A stretch of 44,433 nt of DNA from Fibrobacteria bacterium (GTDB lineage: Bacteria; Fibrobacterota; Fibrobacteria; UBA11236), in assembly GCA_041746255.1 (NCBI GenBank), contig JBGTHM010000110.1, positions 1 to 44,433 of the forward strand. The letters run 5' to 3'. The stretch's first letter is position 1. Each line of letters begins with the position of its first letter. Positions 35,655-44,137 of this stretch are shown here, piece after piece. A model generated the notes under the pieces. That model did not search any database. It was given only the letters and a program-made list of their open reading frames with translations, and was not told the origin of the DNA. A program made the translations under genes and the position numbers.

Positions 35655-36767
35655 ATGCGAATGAATAAGCGATGGATTGTAGGCGGTATTCTGGCTCTGG
35701 CGATGGGATGGAATCCCGTTAATGCGGAAGTGGCCTCGGCGGATTGGGGTGGAGGCGCGCTTATGGGGTATTCCTATGGGCAAAACGGGTCTGGTTGGCC
35801 CGATACTTGGAAAGACCCGCTGGCCAATCAAAACCGGGGTGGATTTTTCATACGCGATCTCCGTTTGGATGGAAAGGTCGCCTTCGACAGCACCTTCAGC
35901 GGTTTTCTCTCCGCCAACGTGCTTTTTGCCGACATGCGTGAAGTCTATTTGGTTAAAACCTGGAAGTCGTACACCTTTACGGCGGGGAAATTCAGGGGGG
36001 CGGGGCTTTATTCCGGAACCACTTTGGATGAATACGATCAAGTGACTGTTTATCGCCCTTTTTACGCCCAGCTTTGGCAAAATTCCAAGCGTATTCATAA
36101 TTTCCGTGATTTTGGTATTCAGGTCGAACGTTCGAGCAGGAGTGGAGACCTGAACTACCGTTTGTTTTTCCATAACGCCAATTGGCAAAACGTTATAATC
36201 TATCAACCGAGTTATGAGGTTGGACCGAGTACCCAGGCTTTGGGCCTCGATTTCGGCCTGGATTGGACCGTAAGTACGCAAAATTCATTCGGTGGACATA
36301 TAGGTGCTTTGGGGAACAAGGAGTGGCAGGAGTTTTTTGGATCCCATGGTTGGTGGAACGCAGCATACTGGCTAAAGGCGAATCCGCTAGTGGACGCTTC
36401 TTTCTATCACCTTTTTGATCACGGACGCGTACAGGTATTAAGCGAAGCCATGGCCATGACGAACCGTAACGAACCCGTTGGGCCGAATAAAATTGATCGC
36501 ATTACCTGGGGCCTATCCAGCCGCTTCAGTTATACCCACCATGAGCATTTCAATTCGTTCTTTCGATATGAATTTACCGACCCTACCAATGGAGCGAACC
36601 CGGACGACGGTTTGCATTTCTTCGCTCTGGGCACACGTTTCCGTCCGGCTCCCGTGAGTCATGCCGGTTTAAGCGCGGTATTAGAATATGCCCATATTCG
36701 TGAGGAAGGGCTCGCGAACCTACAGCATACCGACACCTTCATCCTGGAATTACGGCATACTTTTTAG
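35655..36767 (+). CDS. Putative porin-like outer-membrane beta-barrel (OprO/P-like)
   Basis: Signal peptide ending VNA, GFFIRDLRL and RDFGIQV strands, aromatic-rich sequence, C-terminal LELRHTF. Confidence 0.7.
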   Translation: MRMNKRWIVGGILALAMGWNPVNAEVASADWGGGALMGYSYGQNGSGWPDTWKDPLANQNRGGFFIRDLRLDGKVAFDSTFSGFLSANVLFADMREVYLVKTWKSYTFTAGKFRGAGLYSGTTLDEYDQVTVYRPFYAQLWQNSKRIHNFRDFGIQVERSSRSGDLNYRLFFHNANWQNVIIYQPSYEVGPSTQALGLDFGLDWTVSTQNSFGGHIGALGNKEWQEFFGSHGWWNAAYWLKANPLVDASFYHLFDHGRVQVLSEAMAMTNRNEPVGPNKIDRITWGLSSRFSYTHHEHFNSFFRYEFTDPTNGANPDDGLHFFALGTRFRPAPVSHAGLSAVLEYAHIREEGLANLQHTDTFILELRHTF

Positions 36768-36775
36768 CCCGTCGA

Positions 36776-37657
36776 TCAGGCTCTTTTCGAGGACCGCTTC
36801 GCCTTTTCCCAAGCGCGATAGGTTCGGGCGTCCATCTTCCCGTTTATCGGACCCAGATAATCGCCGGCTTCTCGCAATTGCCGCTGCATTTTTTTAACCC
36901 CTTCTCCTTCTGAACCGAAACAAAGGCGCTGCTTGGCGACCTTTTCTCGCAACGATATGCTTACGGCCTCGGCCTCAAGCAGGAGCAGAGAATAATGCGA
37001 CTGCGACGATTGATAGAGAAGGTCATGGAAGGTTTTCCAGGGGCCCAGGTTTTCGCCGTACTCCGGAAGTCTGGGGCATTGAGGTATGCCGCTCACCACC
37101 AGGCAGCCTGCGCTGGAAAACCCTTCTTTTTCGGGAGCAGGGTTCCAGGCGCAATGGAGATTATCGTAGGGATTGCCGAAAAAAAGCCGATCCGAAGGCC
37201 GGAAAGGAGGGGCATGCAGGCTGCGCCGGTAAAATCGATTTTGAGTTTGCCGCAAAGCCGCATGCCCGCGTGGTTTACCCTGCAAATGCTCGCCCTTGCG
37301 GAAATCGCGGTAATAGCCCGGCTCGAGCTGATTCGCTCCCCGGCCATTAAGCCGCATGGCTTTTTCCACCTGCGTTCTGTGCGGTACGGTTGATCCCGGC
37401 GCCAGAAACACCTTCCGAGAAAGGCGATTCCAGATTCCCAGAGCGCAACGCATATGCAGATAATCCGGTCGTTTCAAATTAAGCAGAATTTGAGAGGCGA
37501 GGCTTCGATTTCTCACTGCGGGGGAGGCGCCCCGAAACCCGAGCAGCACCCATTCTTCTCTAGGAATCGGAATGCCCCAAGTATGAAAAATCCGCTCCAG
37601 GGATGCATGGGAAATTTCAATTTTGGGGTACCGGGCGGGGGAGAGGGATCTTTCCAT
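36776..37657 (-). CDS. Protein with YkuD-like His/Cys motif and C-terminal peptidoglycan-binding domain
   Basis: DNLH...SSAGCLVV motif; C-terminal LCFGSEGEGVKKMQRQL...INGKMDART resembles PG_binding_1. Confidence 0.65.
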   Translation of the reverse strand: MERSLSPARYPKIEISHASLERIFHTWGIPIPREEWVLLGFRGASPAVRNRSLASQILLNLKRPDYLHMRCALGIWNRLSRKVFLAPGSTVPHRTQVEKAMRLNGRGANQLEPGYYRDFRKGEHLQGKPRGHAALRQTQNRFYRRSLHAPPFRPSDRLFFGNPYDNLHCAWNPAPEKEGFSSAGCLVVSGIPQCPRLPEYGENLGPWKTFHDLLYQSSQSHYSLLLLEAEAVSISLREKVAKQRLCFGSEGEGVKKMQRQLREAGDYLGPINGKMDARTYRAWEKAKRSSKRA

Positions 37658-37694
37658 GGTTTAGAAGAATAACTTAACCCACTCCATTTTCGCA

Positions 37695-37743
37695 TGTCTC
37701 ATCCTGGAACTAGACGTTGCGCCGTCTGTCTCAACTTGAAATA
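37695..37743. promoter_or_regulatory. Tandem candidate enhancer (bEBP UAS) sites
   Basis: TGTCTCA-TCC-TGGAACT (37695-37711) and TGTCTCA-ACT-TGAAATA (37727-37743), 32 bp apart, upstream of a -24/-12 promoter. Confidence 0.5.
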
Positions 37744-37813
37744 ACCGGGCGAAAGGCAAATAGCCGAAGGCCTAAAATTTAGGCCTTTTTTACTGCAGAT
37801 GGCGTTGTAAGAA

Positions 37814-37830
37814 TTGGCATGAGGCTTGCA
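37814..37830 (+). promoter_or_regulatory. Sigma54 (-24/-12) promoter of hsp20
   Basis: TTGGCATGAGGCTTGCA matches TGGCAC-N5-TTGCW with one mismatch and exact GG/GC spacing. Confidence 0.8.
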
Positions 37831-37866
37831 TTGGGTGAGGGAACAAACCTTTTAAGGAGGAAAATC

Positions 37867-38274
37867 ATGAATCCTGCACAATATCGCCCTCGCACCTGGT
37901 TGGATAGCTTCTTTACGGATATCGACAAAGATCTCTACAATACCCGGGAAGGTTTCACCCCTGAGGTGGATATCGTAGAAGAGGAAAACGGGTATGTTTT
38001 GCGCACCGAATTACCGGGCGTGAAAAAGGAAGACCTCAAGGTGGAGGTGAAGGAAAATAGACTCACTCTAAGCGGTAAAAAAGATAGCCCGTGGGAAGTC
38101 AAAAGCGATAGGTATCGGCACTTTGAAGCCCGCTATGGAAATTTTAACCGAAGCTTCTTATTGCCCAGAAGCCTGGAAGGAAGCGCCATCCAGGCCGAGT
38201 TCAAAGAAGGTGTATTGGTGCTGAGAATTCCCAAAGCCCAACAAGCCTTACCAAAAACCATTGAGATCGCCTAG
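37867..38274 (+). CDS. Small heat-shock protein (Hsp20/alpha-crystallin)
   Basis: PEVDIVE, ELPGVKKEDL, RYGNFNRSFLLP, AEFKEGVLVLRIPK, C-terminal IEI motif. AAGGAGG RBS. Confidence 0.95.
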   Translation: MNPAQYRPRTWLDSFFTDIDKDLYNTREGFTPEVDIVEEENGYVLRTELPGVKKEDLKVEVKENRLTLSGKKDSPWEVKSDRYRHFEARYGNFNRSFLLPRSLEGSAIQAEFKEGVLVLRIPKAQQALPKTIEIA

Positions 38275-38316
38275 TGCCCGCTTCCAATCCCGGTAGAGTG
38301 ACTTCACCATAATGCA

Positions 38317-38359
38317 GGGCGGCCTCGGGATTAACCGAGACCGCCTATTTCGTTTTTTT
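38317..38359 (+). terminator. Probable intrinsic terminator after hsp20
   Basis: GGGCGGcCTCGG-GATTAA-CCGAGaCCGCCT hairpin followed by a T-rich tract. Confidence 0.6.
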
Positions 38360-38396
38360 CGGCCGTCACCGGAGACACTGGAAATCATTCGCGAAT

Positions 38397-38945
38397 TCAG
38401 CCTGCACTGGGTCTCAGGCCTCCGCCACCAGTTTGGTGACGGCGTAAATAGTCGCTGCTCAATTCATGGTCCCGTGCCCAAGCCCAAAGGAAAAGCGCCG
38501 AGGACAGGCCGTATATCATATGCGAAATGAAATAATTCACCGGTGGCGCCATGGCCATGACCGGATTGACCAATGGGCCAATCAACAGGCCGCTGATTAT
38601 CCAAATCGCCAAGCCCCAACCCAATCCTATTAGCAAGGCGCCTCCACCCATTCGGAAGGAATTCGCCAAGCGCGAGGCAAAAAATCCCAGGACCAAGCCC
38701 CAAAAAGCCGCTACGATTAAATGAATAATCAACCCGGTAAGGGCAGGTCCGAATTCAAAAAACTGCGCCGGAGGACGGAAGGCCGGGATGGTCGCCCCGA
38801 TCATGTTCAGGGGAGTCCAAAAACCCGCGCCCATAAACGCGGAAACAATCATCCAATAAGCGCTCATCAAAACCCCCGCTAAAACGCCCGCCCCTAAAGC
38901 TTTGTTCCACCAGCTTCCCGGGGGGGAACGTAATTCATTGGCCAT
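38397..38945 (-). CDS. Four-TM membrane protein of unknown function
   Basis: Four Gly-rich hydrophobic helices with intramembrane His residues (GLIIHL, FISHMIYG). GGAGG RBS. Confidence 0.75.
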   Translation of the reverse strand: MANELRSPPGSWWNKALGAGVLAGVLMSAYWMIVSAFMGAGFWTPLNMIGATIPAFRPPAQFFEFGPALTGLIIHLIVAAFWGLVLGFFASRLANSFRMGGGALLIGLGWGLAIWIISGLLIGPLVNPVMAMAPPVNYFISHMIYGLSSALFLWAWARDHELSSDYLRRHQTGGGGLRPSAG

Positions 38946-39085
38946 ATTTTCCTCCCTGTTATAAACGAATCTGTCCGCTTAAATGTGCGGAGTGGTTCCT
39001 AAGGATCAAATAACCATCCGCTCGGGGGAAGGGAAAGGATATTCCGGAACCAGGAACGATTGTTTAGGATGGAGCCGCAAGTGGG

Positions 39086-39718
39086 TTATAAATAACCGCG
39101 GCTATGCAAGAGATCGTGTAAACGTTTTACGCAGGACTCCTGGGTTTCCTGGGCGGGGTGCAACACGAGATCGGGATGCTCAGGAGGTTCATAGGGCGAG
39201 GATATACCCGTAAAATATTTGATTTCACCAGCCCGCGCTTTTTTATAGAGATTTTTCGGATCACGTTGTTCACAAATCTCCAAAGGAGTGTCGACGAAAA
39301 TTTCCAGAAAGTGAGCGCCCAAAAGGCTTCGGGTCTGGTTTCGCTCTTCCCGAAAAGGAGAAACCAGCGAGACCAAAGTAATGATGTTCGCGTCCAGAAA
39401 AAGCTTCGCGACATGGCCTACGCGTCGGTTGCTTTCGCGACGGTCGGCTTCGGAAAATCCCAAATCGGTGTTAAGACCGCAGCGGATATTATCTCCATCA
39501 AGCAGATAGGTGATTTTACCGGCGGAATTGAGGTCCTTTTCCAAGGCGCAGGCCAAGGTCGATTTGCCGCTGCCGGAAAGTCCGGTGAACCAGATTACGC
39601 AACCTTTCTGGCGCGTGGTGCGTTCCCGGTCTTCGGTGGAAACGGTTACCGGGTGCCAAGTGACGTTGGTTCCCGTATCGCGTCCAAGCTCTTTGGATTG
39701 CTGCTTGTCATTCCCCAT
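39086..39718 (-). CDS. cysC: Adenylyl-sulfate (APS) kinase
   Basis: IWFTGLSGSGKST, LDGDNIR, RDPKNLYKKARAGEI, FTGISSPYEPP. Confidence 0.96.
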   Translation of the reverse strand: MGNDKQQSKELGRDTGTNVTWHPVTVSTEDRERTTRQKGCVIWFTGLSGSGKSTLACALEKDLNSAGKITYLLDGDNIRCGLNTDLGFSEADRRESNRRVGHVAKLFLDANIITLVSLVSPFREERNQTRSLLGAHFLEIFVDTPLEICEQRDPKNLYKKARAGEIKYFTGISSPYEPPEHPDLVLHPAQETQESCVKRLHDLLHSRGYL

Positions 39719-39751
39719 GGTCTAGCCCTCTAAGAACAACATAACAATCGG

Positions 39752-41599
39752 TTAAGGGTTGAAAATACTCCCCATGTGTTGGAGCTTGGCAATGATTTGC
39801 GGTACCACCTGGGAAATCTGCGAACCGCTGGGGCAATACAGAACCTCTTCACCGCCTTCATCCAGCTTACAGCCTCCCATGCATACGGTCAGGAGCGGAT
39901 AAGGGGCAATAACGGTTTCCAGGGCTTTCAGGTCGTGGTCGTCCAAATCGCGGGCACTTACCACAAGCAATAGGCCCGCCTCCAGCATGAGATAGGCGAC
40001 TTCGCCCAGGCGGCGCAAATGTTCAGCCCGGCTTTGGCCTTTGTCTTTCAAGTCCGCGTCCACGGAGTAGAGAAGATTGGCCATGCCGATATAGTAGGCG
40101 AAGCGTCCCATTTCAAAAAGTTCTTCTTCGATCGCCTTACCCACGCCTTTTCGGTCGGTAGATCCTTCGCCGGTTATCAGAATAAGGGTAGGTCGCTGAT
40201 TCAGGCGCTGCATCCGCTTCTCGGGAACAATGGCGGAACGCTCGAATTTTTCTTCGCGCTGGGCCACTTCGGAACGTAGGTCTTCCTGATCATCGGGCAG
40301 GGCTTCGCGAATGATGCCGCCTCCGGCGATTTCGTATTGGTCGACTATGACGAAACGCCCCGTGGCCTCCATGTCGGCGATGGCATCGAAAGCGATGGCG
40401 CGCGAAAGCTCCAGGACGCAGTCGGCCACGTCATGGCGTTCGATATTGGCCTTATCGCGTTTCTCCAGGCTGTCGGAAGCGTCGATCAAGTAGTTGATGC
40501 GCTTGAGGCGAACGGGAATCTTGCTGGTGCCAAGCTTCAGGAAATACCCACGGCCCATTTCCAAAGGCTTGCGGCCCATCCAGAAAATATTGGCGCGAAT
40601 GAGCCGCGATACCGATGGTTGGGGCTCCGAAGCCTTCACCATGAGCTCACCACGATTGATATAAACCTGCTCGGTCAGCGTGAATCCGGGCGTATAGCCG
40701 GACAGCACTTCGCTGCGAATCGGCTCGTTGAAAGCCTCAATGGATTTGATCCGGCTCTTTTTGTTCGACGGAAGGAATAAAACCTCGTCGCCGACTTTGA
40801 TTGATCCCGATTCGACGCGTCCGGCCACGATGCGCCTGTCATCACCCATGGCGGTAAACTTGTATACGTCTTGTACCGGCATGCGGAATGGCTGGTGTGG
40901 TTTGGGCGGTTCCTTCTCAAACGCGTCCACGGCAGCCAGCACCGAATGTCCGCTATACCAGGGGATTTTCGCCGAGGGACCGATCATGTTCTCACCCTGA
41001 AAGGCGGAAATAGGAATAAAAAATTTGGGAGTGATGTCGATGCGGGCCAGAAAGCGGGTATACTCCTCGCGAATGGAGTTGAAAACCTCTTGTGAGTAAT
41101 CGACAAGATCCATTTTGTTGACGAGCACGCTGATTTGTCGAATGCCGAGCATACTGAGCAAGTACCCGTGGCGTCGGCTGTTTTCCCGAATACCCTCCTT
41201 GGCATCGATGACCAACAGGGCGGCCTCGGCCCGGGCAGCGCCGGTAACCATGTTTTTGAGAAATTCGATATGCCCCGGAGCGTCCAGCACGATGTAATGC
41301 CGCTTGGACGACTTGAAAAAAGTGCGGGCGGTATCAATGGTGATACCCTGTGATTGTTCGTCCTTGAGGGCGTCCAACAGAAACGCGTATTCGAAGGGAC
41401 GGGAATTCAACGCGCAAAAAGCCTTCACCGCATCCAGTTTGCCATCGGGCAGTGAACCGGTATCGGCCAACAGTCTGCCGATTACGGTACTTTTACCATG
41501 GTCCACATGGCCCACGATAACGATGTTCATTTGCTCACCCGATTTATCGACGTCAACCCTTTCCGAAGTCGAGGAACGTCCTAATGTATGCGCTTCCAT
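39752..41599 (-). CDS. cysN: Sulfate adenylyltransferase GTPase subunit with degenerate C-terminal APS-kinase-like domain
   Basis: GHVDHGKST, QGITID, DAPGH, NKMD and PISA motifs; between cysD and cysC. Confidence 0.93.
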   Translation of the reverse strand: MEAHTLGRSSTSERVDVDKSGEQMNIVIVGHVDHGKSTVIGRLLADTGSLPDGKLDAVKAFCALNSRPFEYAFLLDALKDEQSQGITIDTARTFFKSSKRHYIVLDAPGHIEFLKNMVTGAARAEAALLVIDAKEGIRENSRRHGYLLSMLGIRQISVLVNKMDLVDYSQEVFNSIREEYTRFLARIDITPKFFIPISAFQGENMIGPSAKIPWYSGHSVLAAVDAFEKEPPKPHQPFRMPVQDVYKFTAMGDDRRIVAGRVESGSIKVGDEVLFLPSNKKSRIKSIEAFNEPIRSEVLSGYTPGFTLTEQVYINRGELMVKASEPQPSVSRLIRANIFWMGRKPLEMGRGYFLKLGTSKIPVRLKRINYLIDASDSLEKRDKANIERHDVADCVLELSRAIAFDAIADMEATGRFVIVDQYEIAGGGIIREALPDDQEDLRSEVAQREEKFERSAIVPEKRMQRLNQRPTLILITGEGSTDRKGVGKAIEEELFEMGRFAYYIGMANLLYSVDADLKDKGQSRAEHLRRLGEVAYLMLEAGLLLVVSARDLDDHDLKALETVIAPYPLLTVCMGGCKLDEGGEEVLYCPSGSQISQVVPQIIAKLQHMGSIFNP

Positions 41600-41613
41600 C
41601 TTTTTCCTTGCTC

Positions 41614-42501
41614 CTACATGTAGCCATCGCGCCGTAAGGCTTCGAGGCCGCCGCCGTCTTCCTTATCCTGGGCGCGACCGGACCGCTCAGCGATATTGGC
41701 GAACTTTCCGTTTTTAAGTTCTTCCACGATTTCGGGTACGCTTTTGGCCGTCGATTCCACCGGCGCCGTGCAGGGGTAGCAGCCCAGCGACCGATAACGT
41801 TTTCCCTCGCCCTTATCGAAATACAGATCGATGATGGGGATATTTTCGCGTTCGATATACTCCCAAATATTCAATTCCGTCCAATCCAGCAAAGGGTGAA
41901 CCCGGATATGGGTGCCCGGAGCGAAATCGGTTTTGAATTGATTCCACAGTTCGGGAGGCTGGTCGCCCACATCCCATTCGTTATTTTTGTCGCGCGGAGA
42001 AAAATATCGCTCTTTCGAACGCGAGCCCTCTTCGTCGGCTCGGGCTCCGACAATGACGCCCGTGTAGGGTTCCCGATTGATGTCGGGTTCGTATTTTCCG
42101 GATTGCAGATTAAGCCGGTACCGGGGCCATTCACCCGACAGGGTATTTTTCAACGCTTCGGTTTTGAGGCTTCCGCAGCATTGCAAGCGGGTGGCGGTTC
42201 CGTCGGGAAAAGTTTTTTTTTCGCGCAGGGCTTCGGTGTTTTGGCCGTACACCATATTAAGCTTCCATTCCAGGGCCAATCGGTCGCGGTAGGCAATCAT
42301 GGCGGGAATCTTATAGGCCGTATCGATATGCACCAAAGTAATGGGGGCGTGGCCGAAAAAGGCTTTGCGTGCCAGCCATAGCAGCACGGTACTGTCCTTA
42401 CCTATGGACCACAGCATCGCCAAGTTCTTGAAATTGGCATATGCCTCACGCAAAATGTAAATGCTTTGGTTTTCGAGATGGTCGAGATGTGAGGACGCCA
42501 C
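41614..42501 (-). CDS. cysD: Sulfate adenylyltransferase subunit 2
   Basis: [52 protein letters not shown] start with AAGGAG RBS. Confidence 0.95.
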   Translation of the reverse strand: MASSHLDHLENQSIYILREAYANFKNLAMLWSIGKDSTVLLWLARKAFFGHAPITLVHIDTAYKIPAMIAYRDRLALEWKLNMVYGQNTEALREKKTFPDGTATRLQCCGSLKTEALKNTLSGEWPRYRLNLQSGKYEPDINREPYTGVIVGARADEEGSRSKERYFSPRDKNNEWDVGDQPPELWNQFKTDFAPGTHIRVHPLLDWTELNIWEYIERENIPIIDLYFDKGEGKRYRSLGCYPCTAPVESTAKSVPEIVEELKNGKFANIAERSGRAQDKEDGGGLEALRRDGYM

Positions 42502-42785
42502 GGGCGCTCCTTTGGGTTCAGGGGTAGGTTTGAGGGCTTAAGTTAACATATAAAGTTGGTAAGTTAAAGGGATTCCCATAAAAATGCCATTTTTAGGCAA
42601 TATTCGCGGAAATTGTAGGAGTAAAATCCAGGTTTGTTGTCGAATTGCTTCAGATAACCTACAAATATTGTAGGATTTATGCCTAAAAAGTTGCCTTACC
42701 TCCCAAAATTCGAAATTTTCTCGATAGGACCCGATTTTTTTAGATATTTACGTAAAGAATAAACCGAATACGATTTGGAAAACAC

Positions 42786-43601
42786 ATGGCCATCAGCAAT
42801 ACGCCTCTCTACCTCTCAACCCTGCTTTTGGAAAAAAATCGCTGGAACGGCAAAGGTCCCGCCTTGTTGCTGGCCGACCATATGGAGGATATCGCGGAGT
42901 CGGGATTCGTGGGCCTGGAAGTATGGATGAACCACCTCTATTTCATCTCCCGCTCCGATTGGGAAATCATTCGCGAAAAAGCCCAGGATTTGGACCTCCC
43001 CATAGCCCTCATCAGCTCGGACTTTCCCTCCGACAGTTCCGAAAAAAGCCGCCGTTTTCGCGATGGTATTCTGGAAGCCTGCGACTATTTCCAGCCCGAT
43101 GGATTGCATGTCACCTCCGGCGATTTCCCTTTGAAAAAGGAGAAATCACCGATAAGCGGACCCGCTTGGCAGTCGTTTCGAGATTGGTCACGCGATTTGT
43201 CCCGTAACATGCCGGTCTTCATTGATTTCAATAAGGATTCTCTGAGTTTGCTGGACGACATGACTTCGAAGAGCCGGGACGAACGAAGCCGCTACCGTCT
43301 GGTGGTCGAGCCTATCGATATGCCGCCCGTGGAGCTGGCCCGCTTATTGGGCGACTATGTTCAGGATATTTCGCATGTCCACCTGCATGCCAAGGACGCA
43401 AAGAACTGGGTTTCACTTCGAGATGCCCGTGACAGAGTACTCGAAGCCATAGCCATTCTCAAGAAGAAGGGCTACAAAGGATCCTGGTCGCTTTATTTGA
43501 CCCGGGGCACGGGCACTACGGGCGAGTCTGTGGATGTGATGCTCGACAATGCCGAGCGCGATCTCAATTTCCTGAATTCGGTTTGGAGCCGATTGGAGTA
43601 G
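42786..43601 (+). CDS. Xylose-isomerase-like/AP-endonuclease-2 TIM-barrel protein
   Basis: IAESGFVGLEVW, ISHVHLHA, LKKKGYKGSWSL...DLNFL pattern; divergent. Confidence 0.6.
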   Translation: MAISNTPLYLSTLLLEKNRWNGKGPALLLADHMEDIAESGFVGLEVWMNHLYFISRSDWEIIREKAQDLDLPIALISSDFPSDSSEKSRRFRDGILEACDYFQPDGLHVTSGDFPLKKEKSPISGPAWQSFRDWSRDLSRNMPVFIDFNKDSLSLLDDMTSKSRDERSRYRLVVEPIDMPPVELARLLGDYVQDISHVHLHAKDAKNWVSLRDARDRVLEAIAILKKKGYKGSWSLYLTRGTGTTGESVDVMLDNAERDLNFLNSVWSRLE

Positions 43602-43608
43602 GCTATCT

Positions 43609-44106
43609 ATGCGCATCCTCAAAATAAACCCGCTCCTAGGCATTCTAGTGTCGTTGCTTGTAAGTGGCGCCTATTCGGCTCCGCGCGACTTCGCGGTTGG
43701 CGTGACTTTAGGCAGCCCCATGGGGCTATCCCTCATGCAGAATCTGGACGAGACCAGCGCCGTACAGGCGGCCTTCGAAGTGAATGTCGAAAACCCCTTC
43801 ACCATGCATGCCGATTATCTGCTCAAGGTAAACGGACTGTTCGACGTGGCTCCCGAAAACGGCAAATTCCAATTGTATTACGGCCCCGGGCTCCGCATGG
43901 AAGTCGGATCGCGGAAACTAAGCCCCTTCGGTCCTTATCGCACCAGCCGAAGTGGTCGGGTCGGCCTCCGCTTTCCCGTCGGTTTGCAGTATTACCTTCC
44001 GAGGATTCCCTTCGACCTATTCGCCGAGGCCGCTCCCATGTTGACGCTTTGGCGGGCGACGCATGTGGACATGACGGCCGCGCTCGGGGTACGCTTCAAC
44101 CTCTAA
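43609..44106 (+). CDS. Small outer-membrane beta-barrel protein (DUF3996-like)
   Basis: Signal peptide; VGVTLGSPMGLS, HADYL, YYGPG, GLRFPVGLQY and DLFAEAAP; C-terminal GVRFNL. Confidence 0.7.
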   Translation: MRILKINPLLGILVSLLVSGAYSAPRDFAVGVTLGSPMGLSLMQNLDETSAVQAAFEVNVENPFTMHADYLLKVNGLFDVAPENGKFQLYYGPGLRMEVGSRKLSPFGPYRTSRSGRVGLRFPVGLQYYLPRIPFDLFAEAAPMLTLWRATHVDMTAALGVRFNL

Positions 44107-44137
44107 CGAGTTTTGAGACCCGCGACCCTTCTTCATA

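Noticed and set aside
31329..42689. GCCTAAAA word recurring at 31329, 37770, 42681 and reversed at 42591
   Set aside because: Short AT-rich word, and one copy is simply Ala codon plus stop; enrichment cannot be shown without genome-wide counts.
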